Below the pieces are notes generated by a model. It was not told where the DNA came from. It saw only the letters and a program-made list of their open reading frames with translations, and made no database searches. Of a stretch of 64,000 bases of DNA, positions 57,151 through 64,000 are shown one piece after another (position 1 is the stretch's first letter; the number at the start of each line of letters is the position of its first letter). This DNA comes from Clostridiales bacterium. Its GTDB lineage: Bacteria > Bacillota > Clostridia > Christensenellales > CAG-138. The position numbers and the translations under genes were made by a program. The DNA is taken from the NCBI GenBank assembly GCA_004554165.1, contig SFNQ01000014.1:8520-72519 (forward strand). The letters are read 5' to 3'.

Positions 57151-58701
57151 TCACTTGCGCCCGGCGCCGGGCCTGCCTGCCCCCGGGCTGCGCAGCGGCG
57201 CGTTTCCGGCAGGCGGCGTATGCTGCCGCTCCGCGGGAACGGGGCTCTCCACAGCCGCCTGCGGCATTCCGCTGAGCCTTTTGTACAGCGCGATATACCG
57301 CCCGGCCGACACCGGCCAGCCGAAATCCTCCTGCATGCCGCGCCACACAAGGCGCCGCCACATGGGTTTATCGTCATAGTAGTACTGCACGGCGCGCTCA
57401 ATGGTAAAGAGCATCTCATGGGCGTTATAGTTGCAGAAGGAAAAGCCATTGCCCTCGTCGGTATACTTGTTATAGGGGCGAATGCTGTCCCGCAGTCCCC
57501 CCGTTTCGCGCACGATGGGAACGGAGCCGTAGCGCAGCGCGATCATCTGCGACAGGCCGCAGGGTTCAAACTGCGAGGGCATGAGGAACATATCGCTGCC
57601 CGCATACACGCGATGCGCCAGCCCTTCATGAAAGCCCACATAGGAGCTGATCTGCCCCTCATAACGCCATGCCGCCCAGTTGATCAGGTCCACATAGCGC
57701 TTGTCGCCGCTGCCGAGAAACACCATCTGCAAATCCATGCGCATGATGTCCGAGAGCACGCGCTCCACAAGGTCCAGCCCCTTCTGCGGCGTAAGGCGGG
57801 AAATCATGCCGATGATGGGAACCTCCGGCCGCTCGGCGAGATGGCACACGCGCTGCAGGGTTTTCTTGCATTCGGCCTTCCCCCCCATGTTCTGCGCATC
57901 ATACGTTGCGCCGATCAGCCGGTCCGTGGCGGGGTTATACGCCTCGGTATCGATGCCGTTGAGGATGCCCGAGACCGTAGCGCCCCGCTTTCTGAGCAGG
58001 CCGTCCAGCCCTGCGCCATAGTATTCGGTCTTGATCTCCTCGGCGTAGCTGGGGCTGACCGTACACACATGGTCCGCAAACACCAGCCCTGCCTTCATGC
58101 AGGAGAGGTTGCCGTAGTATTCCAGATACTCCGAATGGAACAGGCTGCCATCCAGCCCGATGCAGGCGTTCAGCTCCGCCCAGTTGAAGATGCCCTGATA
58201 GTTCAGGTTGTGTACGGAAAACACCGTCCGAATCGCGCGCATCCGTTCATCCCACTGGTACTGGGTTTTGAGCAGCGCGGCAATCAGGCCCGTCTGCCAG
58301 TCGTTGAGATGCAGCACGTCCGGAACGAAGTCGATGCGCGGAAGAATCTCCAGCACCGCCCGGCAGAAAAAGGCAAAGCGCCTGCCCTCGCTGAGTCCGT
58401 CGCCATAGATGGCGTCGCAGTAAAAAAACTCCTCGTTGTCCACAAAATAATACGTTACGCCCCGCTCTTTCAGCGTGGACACACCGCAGAACTTCTGTTC
58501 CGCGCCGAAAGGAACGGTGAAGCTGAACAGATGTTGCATGCGCTCCCGGTATCCGCCGTCGATCAGGCGGTACTTGGGCAGAATCACACGCGCGTCCTCG
58601 CCCTGCCTGCACAGCTCCACGGGGAGCGAGCCCACCACGTCCGCCAGCCCGCCGGTCTTGATAAACGGGACGCATTCGCTTGCCGCAAAGAGGATTTTCA
58701 T
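57151..58701 (-). CDS. glgA: glycogen synthase (GT5) with a C-terminal extension of about 40 aa
   Basis: MKILFAASECVPFIKTGGLADVVGSLP N-terminus and GGLRDSI near the C-terminus. Start ATG 58701. Confidence 0.92.
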   Translation of the reverse strand: MKILFAASECVPFIKTGGLADVVGSLPVELCRQGEDARVILPKYRLIDGGYRERMQHLFSFTVPFGAEQKFCGVSTLKERGVTYYFVDNEEFFYCDAIYGDGLSEGRRFAFFCRAVLEILPRIDFVPDVLHLNDWQTGLIAALLKTQYQWDERMRAIRTVFSVHNLNYQGIFNWAELNACIGLDGSLFHSEYLEYYGNLSCMKAGLVFADHVCTVSPSYAEEIKTEYYGAGLDGLLRKRGATVSGILNGIDTEAYNPATDRLIGATYDAQNMGGKAECKKTLQRVCHLAERPEVPIIGMISRLTPQKGLDLVERVLSDIMRMDLQMVFLGSGDKRYVDLINWAAWRYEGQISSYVGFHEGLAHRVYAGSDMFLMPSQFEPCGLSQMIALRYGSVPIVRETGGLRDSIRPYNKYTDEGNGFSFCNYNAHEMLFTIERAVQYYYDDKPMWRRLVWRGMQEDFGWPVSAGRYIALYKRLSGMPQAAVESPVPAERQHTPPAGNAPLRSPGAGRPGAGRK

Positions 58702-58993
58702 ACGGATTCCCTTCCCTTTCCCTTTTCTTTTCTCTGCTTCGTTTTTTCGGAAAAAGAAGCAGCAAGAAAACGACACCCACGGCAGACAGGCGTGACAGTC
58801 CACCCCTGGCCGGTGCAATCCGTCCTTCCGGCAAAGCGTGCGCCTCGGCATTCCTCCGCCAAAGAGAATGCGATGCCGCCGGGCGCAGGCAGTCCAATCT
58901 CCGTCCCCCGGATTGCGTCCATCAGCCCCCGCGCTCCGTCATGCAAAGCGCTTTTGCCCTGTTGTTCTCAGGAAAAGGCCAGGCGCTCCCCTG

Positions 58994-60118
58994 CTACACC
59001 GTCGCGTTCTTCTTGAGGATGATGGGGAACCCGTCGTAGCCCACCAGCGTGCGGCCGTCGCGGATCGTCGCGCCCTTGTCGAGCACCACATGGTCCAGCG
59101 TACAGCCGCAGCCCACGGTCACGCCCTGCATGAGAATGGAGTTCTTGACCACGGAGCCGCGCCCAATCTTCACGCCGCGGAACAGAATGCTGTTCTCCAC
59201 ATGGCCGTCGATATCGCAGCCGTCCGCCAGCATCGCATTTTTGACGCCGGCCTCCGCCCCGTAGCGCGCGGACACCTCGTCCTTGACCTTCGTGTAAATG
59301 GGTCTGCTGCGATGAAACAGATCCGCGCGCACCGCAGGATCCAGCAGCGCCATGTTGTGCGAGAAGAAGCTGGACACGGAATTCAGCCGCGCCACATAGC
59401 CGCCATAGCGCCAGCCAAAGATCTTCAGCGAGCTGCACTTTTTGAGCAGAACATCCCGCAAAAAGTCGTACTCGCCGCGCGCATACGCCTCCTCCACAAG
59501 GTATTCCAGCAGGAGCTTATCCATAATCATCACGTCGCAGCTCTGGCAGGCCGTGCGGGGCCGGTAGGGGTCCAGCTCCATGCCGGTCACGCGGCCGTTT
59601 TCATCCATCAGCAGGCGCAAATCCTTGTTCTGATCCTCCGGGTCAAAGGCCGCATCCTCGTTGTACATGATGGTGATGTCCGCCCCGGTGCGCACATGCT
59701 GCTCAAACATGCTGTGGAAGGAGGTGTTGAAAATCGTGTGGCTGCCGGAAAGGATCACATACTGCTGGGGACAGCGCCGGACATAGCCCAGGCAGGAGCG
59801 GAACGCATCCACGGAGCCGCGGTAGAGGCCCGTGCTGTCCTTGGTCAGAAAGGGCGGGAGGATGAACAGGCCCTCGCGCTTTCTGTGCAGATCCCATTCC
59901 TTGCCCGCGCCGAGATGGTCCATCAGCGAGTGGTAGTTCTTCTGTGCGATGAGGCCCACGCTGGAGACGCCCGAATGGACAAGATCGGAAAGGATAAAGT
60001 CCACGCAGCGGTATCTGCCGCCAAAGGGCAGCGCCGCCACCGCCCGCGACATGGTCAGATCGCGCATGCGCGGGTTGTTTTCGCCGGTGTAAATGAGTCC
60101 AAACGCACTGTTGATCAT
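58994..60118 (-). CDS. glgD: glucose-1-phosphate adenylyltransferase, GlgD (regulatory) subunit
   Basis: [37 protein letters not shown] lacks the GGxGxRL loop of GlgC. Left-handed beta-helix C-terminus. ATGA-type overlap with glgC. Confidence 0.85.
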   Translation of the reverse strand: MINSAFGLIYTGENNPRMRDLTMSRAVAALPFGGRYRCVDFILSDLVHSGVSSVGLIAQKNYHSLMDHLGAGKEWDLHRKREGLFILPPFLTKDSTGLYRGSVDAFRSCLGYVRRCPQQYVILSGSHTIFNTSFHSMFEQHVRTGADITIMYNEDAAFDPEDQNKDLRLLMDENGRVTGMELDPYRPRTACQSCDVMIMDKLLLEYLVEEAYARGEYDFLRDVLLKKCSSLKIFGWRYGGYVARLNSVSSFFSHNMALLDPAVRADLFHRSRPIYTKVKDEVSARYGAEAGVKNAMLADGCDIDGHVENSILFRGVKIGRGSVVKNSILMQGVTVGCGCTLDHVVLDKGATIRDGRTLVGYDGFPIILKKNATV

Positions 60119-61341
60119 GCCCGCCCCTCCTCTTCCGCGCCGCTGCATGCTGCAATCGCACCCGAGGGCAGATATGCCCCCGCATTGACGCAGATGTCGT
60201 TGCCCACCAGCGTAATGTCGCCCGTGAGACTGTTGTCCACATGATCCCGCTCGCGCAGCGGCCCGCCGATGACAGCCCCTTCTCCGATGTGCGCGTTTTC
60301 TCCTACAATGGCCTTATAGACCTTCGCGCCCCTGCCGATGACCGCGCCCGGCAGTACGACCGCATCGCAGACCTCGGCCCCTTCGCAAACGGTCACGCCC
60401 GCAAAGAGCACGCTGCGCCTGACGCTCCCGTAGACCTCGGAGCCCTCGGTTACAAGACTTCTCTCGATGACCGCGCCGTCGCCCACAAAGTGCGGCGGAA
60501 AGCTGGGGTTGCGGCTGTAGATGCGCCAGGAGGGATCGTCCAGCTGCAGCCTGGGCGGCTCCGAAATGAGGTCCATGTTGGCCTCCCAGAGGCTTTTGAC
60601 GGTTCCCACATCCTTCCAGTAGCCGGAAAAGGGGTAGGCCACCATAAGCTCCCCCCCATGCAGCATGGCTGGAATGATGTTCTTGCCAAAATCGTTTTCG
60701 GAATCCGGGTCCGCATCGTCCCGCGCCATGTAGCGCTTGAGCAGCTTCCAGTTGAAAATATAGATCCCCATGGAGGCCTTGTTGGATTTCGGGTGCTTCG
60801 GCTTTTCCTCAAAGGAGACGATGCGGTCACGCTCGTCGGTGTTCATAATGCCGAAGCGATGGGCCTCCTCCATGGGGACGGGCAGTACGGCGATGGTCGC
60901 CGCCGCGCCCGTCTGGACATGGAACTGCAGCATGCGGCTGTAGTCCATCTTGTAAATATGATCGCCCGAAAGGATGAGCACATAGTCCGGGTCGTACTGA
61001 TCCACAAATTCACGGTTCTGATAGATGGCGTTGGCCGTGCCGGTGTACCAGCGGCCGTCGCTGCCGGTCATGTAGGGCGGCAGCACGAACACGCCGCCGT
61101 TGAGCCGGTCAAGGTCCCAGTACTGTCCGGTGCCCAGATAGGAATTGAGGGCGAGGGGCCTGTACTGCGTCAAAACGCCCACAGTATCAATGTCCGAATT
61201 GACACAATTGGAAAGGGGGAAATCGATAATCCGGTACTTGCCGCCAAAGGGGACAGCCGGCTTGGCCATGTGGGAGGTCAGTACGCCAAGACGGCTGCCC
61301 TGCCCGCCGGCCAGCAACATCGCTACAATCTTCTTTTTCAT
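60115..61341 (-). CDS. glgC: glucose-1-phosphate adenylyltransferase
   Basis: [16 protein letters not shown]...[23 protein letters not shown] and a hexapeptide-repeat C-terminus. Confidence 0.93.
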   Translation of the reverse strand: MKKKIVAMLLAGGQGSRLGVLTSHMAKPAVPFGGKYRIIDFPLSNCVNSDIDTVGVLTQYRPLALNSYLGTGQYWDLDRLNGGVFVLPPYMTGSDGRWYTGTANAIYQNREFVDQYDPDYVLILSGDHIYKMDYSRMLQFHVQTGAAATIAVLPVPMEEAHRFGIMNTDERDRIVSFEEKPKHPKSNKASMGIYIFNWKLLKRYMARDDADPDSENDFGKNIIPAMLHGGELMVAYPFSGYWKDVGTVKSLWEANMDLISEPPRLQLDDPSWRIYSRNPSFPPHFVGDGAVIERSLVTEGSEVYGSVRRSVLFAGVTVCEGAEVCDAVVLPGAVIGRGAKVYKAIVGENAHIGEGAVIGGPLRERDHVDNSLTGDITLVGNDICVNAGAYLPSGAIAACSGAEEEGRA

Positions 61342-61345
61342 GGGC

Positions 61346-63214
61346 TCATCCTTTCCTGTATGTGAAATACACGCCGCCATAGGGAGGCAGCTTGATGCGG
61401 ATGCGGTAGTCGAAGTTGTCGCAGGGTTCGTCCTCGGTCAGGACAACGCCGTTTTTATAATCGCCGGTGCCGCCGTAGCGCGGCTCGTCGGTGGAAAGGC
61501 TCTCGGTAAAGCTGCCCGCCCCGGGTACGCCGAGCACATAGCCCTCCTGCGGCACGGGCGTGAAGTTGAAGGCGCAGAGCACCGCGTTGCCGCGCTCGTC
61601 AAAGCGCATCCAGGCCAGCGTAGAATGCAGGCTGTCGTTCACGCTGAGCCAGGTAAAGCCCTCCCAGCTGTCGTCCACGCGGTACAGCGGCGGCGTTGCG
61701 GTATAAAAGCGGTTCAGGTCGCGCACAAGGCGCTGCATCTCGGCGTGCTTTGGGTAGTCGAGCAGCAGCCAGTCCAGCTCCTGATCGTCCCGCCACTCGA
61801 TGTACTGGCCAAACTCCGCGCCCATGAACATGAGCTTTTTGCCCGGGTGCGCAAACTGGTAGGCAAACAGAAGCCGGAGCTGCGCAAACTGCTGCCAGTA
61901 ATCCCCAGGCATCTTGCCGAGCATACTCTTCTTGCCATGCACCACCTCATCGTGGGAAAAGGGCAGCACATAGTGCTCGGAAAAGGCATACAGCAGCGAG
62001 AAGGTCAGCTTGTCGTGGTTCCATTTGCGGAAATAGCTGTCCATCTCCATGTATGTGAGCAGGTCGTTCATCCAGCCCATGTTCCACTTGAAGGAGAAGC
62101 CCAATCCCCCGTCCTGAATGGATCGCGTCACATAGGGATAGGCGGTGCTGTCCTCGGCAAAAAGCAGCTTTTCGCACGGGAGCTGGTGAACCGCCTTGGA
62201 CAGCTTTTTGAAGAATTCAATCGCCCCCAGGTTTTCCCTGCCGCCGTACTGGTTGGGCAGCCACTCGCCGTCGTTCTTTGCATAGTCCAGATAGAGCATA
62301 CAGGCTACGGCGTCCACGCGCAGACCGTCAAAATGATATTCGTTCAGCCAGAACATGGCCGAGGAGAGCAGGAAGCTCTGCACCTGGGTGCGCTCAAAGT
62401 TGAACAGCAGCGTTCCCCACTGCGGCATATCGCTGCGCCGCGGATCTGCGTGCTCATACAGCGGCGACCCGTCAAAGCGACGGAGGCCGTGGGCGTCGCG
62501 GGTGAAATGCGCAGGCACCCAGTCCATGATGACGCCGATGCCGCGCTCATGCGCGCGGTTGACAAGGTACATCAGGTCCTCCGGCGCGCCATAGCGCGCT
62601 GTAGCCGCAAAGTAGCCCGTAACCTGATAGCCCCAGCTCTTGTCATAGGGGTATTCCATCAGCGGCATGAATTCGATGTGGGTGTAGCCCATGTCGGAAA
62701 CATAGTCGATGAGCTCGTGCGCAAGTTCGCGATAATCGAGCCCCTCGCGCCAGGTGCCCGCGTGCACCTCGTAGATGCTCATGGGCTTTCTGGTCGCGTC
62801 CCGGCGCGAATCAAGGTATTTCCCGTCCGTCCAGGGGAAGGACGGCAGCTCGGCGACCATGGAGGCCGTGCCGCCCGGCTCCCCGCGCACCGCGAAGGGA
62901 TCGGCGCGCAGCACCGTCTCGCCGGCCTTTGTAAGAATGGAGTATTTATAGAGCTGGCCCTCCCGGGCAAAGCCGAGATGTGCCTCCCAAACGCCGGTGG
63001 TTCCGACCATATGCATGGGGTCGGCCGCCGCGTTCCACGCATTGAAATCGCCGACAACGCTGACCGCCAGCGCCTCCGGCGCCCAGACCGCAAAGCGGTA
63101 AACCCGTTCTCCATAGGCGCCCGTGCGCGCATGGCAGCCCAGCGCCTCATACGCCGCGGTAGAAATGCCCTCGTTGAAAAAATACAGTTCGTTGTCGTCC
63201 AGATGGAACGCCAT
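61346..63214 (-). CDS. glgB: 1,4-alpha-glucan branching enzyme (GH13)
   Basis: YE.H.G.W, GYTHIE.MP..E.P...SWGYQ, DWVPAHF, GLRVDAV and FAEDST motifs. Start ATG 63214 follows ggaggag. Confidence 0.93.
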   Translation of the reverse strand: MAFHLDDNELYFFNEGISTAAYEALGCHARTGAYGERVYRFAVWAPEALAVSVVGDFNAWNAAADPMHMVGTTGVWEAHLGFAREGQLYKYSILTKAGETVLRADPFAVRGEPGGTASMVAELPSFPWTDGKYLDSRRDATRKPMSIYEVHAGTWREGLDYRELAHELIDYVSDMGYTHIEFMPLMEYPYDKSWGYQVTGYFAATARYGAPEDLMYLVNRAHERGIGVIMDWVPAHFTRDAHGLRRFDGSPLYEHADPRRSDMPQWGTLLFNFERTQVQSFLLSSAMFWLNEYHFDGLRVDAVACMLYLDYAKNDGEWLPNQYGGRENLGAIEFFKKLSKAVHQLPCEKLLFAEDSTAYPYVTRSIQDGGLGFSFKWNMGWMNDLLTYMEMDSYFRKWNHDKLTFSLLYAFSEHYVLPFSHDEVVHGKKSMLGKMPGDYWQQFAQLRLLFAYQFAHPGKKLMFMGAEFGQYIEWRDDQELDWLLLDYPKHAEMQRLVRDLNRFYTATPPLYRVDDSWEGFTWLSVNDSLHSTLAWMRFDERGNAVLCAFNFTPVPQEGYVLGVPGAGSFTESLSTDEPRYGGTGDYKNGVVLTEDEPCDNFDYRIRIKLPPYGGVYFTYRKG

Positions 63215-63315
63215 TGATCTCTCCTCCGTCTCCGGGCCGCGCAGGGATGTTTTGGCAGCCGTTTGCGCTGCCAGCGGCCATCCCTTGGAATTATCATACC
63301 ACACTCCCGGCATTT

Positions 63316-63324
63316 GTGGTATAA
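63316..63324 (+). promoter_or_regulatory. extended -10 element upstream of the AEC transporter gene
   Basis: TGgTATAAT at 63316-63324, 39 nt before ATG 63363. Confidence 0.45.
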
Positions 63325-63362
63325 TTTCCGGGATAATTTATGCCAAAAGGAACCAGCAAGCC

Positions 63363-64000
63363 ATGGAAAATCTCCTGCTCTCCGCAGAGGTGGTCGTGCC
63401 GCTGCTGCTGCTCATGCTGGTCGGCTATATTGTGCGCCGGACCGGACTGATGGATGCAGCGGCCTTTGCAATGTGCAACCGGCTTGTCTTTTACGTTGCT
63501 CTGCCCTGCCTCTGCGCGGTCAGCCTCTATGAAAGCGACCTTGCAAATGTGGAGGGCGCGGGCGGCTGCCTGCTGTTCTGCGTGGCGGGCATTACCGTTT
63601 CCTTTCTCCTTGCGCTGCTGCTTGTACCGCGCTTTTGCAGTGCGCCCCCGCGGCGCGGGGTCATCGCGCAGGGCGCAGTGCGGGCAAACGACGCCATCTT
63701 CGGCCTTGCGGTGGCCGGCGCGCTGGTGCCGCAGCAGGAAATGCAGGTGGTGCTGCTCTCCGTCTCGGTGTCGATTCCGCTGTTCAATCTCTGCGGCGTA
63801 ACGGCGCTGGAGCTGAACCGCGGCGGCAGGGTCGGCGTCCGGGTATTTGCCAGAAAAATTCTGACCAACCCCATCATCATCGGCTGCGCAGTGGGCGCGC
63901 TTTTGAACCTCTGCGGCGTCCGGCTGCCGGGAATGCTTCTGTCGCCCATGCGCTCGCTTTCCGGGCTCTGCACGCCGCTGGCCTTTCTCGTCATCGGCGG
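63363..64000 (+). CDS. AEC-family (auxin efflux carrier-like) transporter, 3' end outside window
   Basis: Open frame from ATG 63363 to the window edge: MENLLLSAEVVVPLLLLMLVGYIVRRTGLMD......N.LVFYVALPCL.. ...ILTNPIIIGCAVGALLNL, typical of AEC permeases. Absent from the ORF track because there is no stop within the window. Confidence 0.75.
   Translation, partial: MENLLLSAEVVVPLLLLMLVGYIVRRTGLMDAAAFAMCNRLVFYVALPCLCAVSLYESDLANVEGAGGCLLFCVAGITVSFLLALLLVPRFCSAPPRRGVIAQGAVRANDAIFGLAVAGALVPQQEMQVVLLSVSVSIPLFNLCGVTALELNRGGRVGVRVFARKILTNPIIIGCAVGALLNLCGVRLPGMLLSPMRSLSGLCTPLAFLVIG

Overview
Visibly GC-rich, densely coding chromosome segment of Firmicutes/Clostridia type (T-box leader, DegV, YitT, glgD, spoVD/spoVE-like dcw genes). 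I call about 48 protein-coding genes. I saw no rRNA, tRNA, CRISPR array, transposase, integrase or phage genes. Order, left to right: uvrA 3' end; envelope and membrane genes (DUF218/YdcF, GT-C-like membrane protein, MscS, DUF975); marR-degV; two tandem U32-family genes; pepS-yitT-tex-ylmH on the minus strand; mreB; an NlpC/P60 hydrolase and an L,D-transpeptidase; two hypotheticals; tig-clpP-clpX on the minus strand; T-box-controlled thrS; gdhA; an acyl-activation/acyl-transfer group; a parE/parC-like type IIA topoisomerase; a 15.5-kb dcw cluster (mraZ-rsmH-ftsL-ftsI-murE-mraY-murD-ftsW-murA-ftsQ-ftsA-ftsZ); hemolysin-III; glgB-glgC-glgD-glgA; and the 5' end of an AEC transporter. This is mostly ordinary core genome, and I do not find a convincing novel multi-gene system such as a defence island or biosynthetic cluster. 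The leads worth a second look are: (1) clpX is broken by loss of a conserved segment plus a frame change. (2) A roughly 150-200 bp GC-rich structured intergenic repeat family has three copies, one sitting between two exact 28-bp copies of the ftsZ terminator. (3) Three 540-575 bp non-coding gaps are unusually long for this region; one holds a start-less coding-like frame. (4) A CAT/E2-like acyltransferase has Glu in place of the catalytic His and overlaps an acyl-CoA ligase, near a GNAT-like gene and a thioesterase. (5) Several regulatory architectures are readable directly: phased MraZ boxes, back-to-back consensus promoters and two leaderless-mRNA candidates. The many long ORFs antisense to real genes are GC-driven shadow ORFs.
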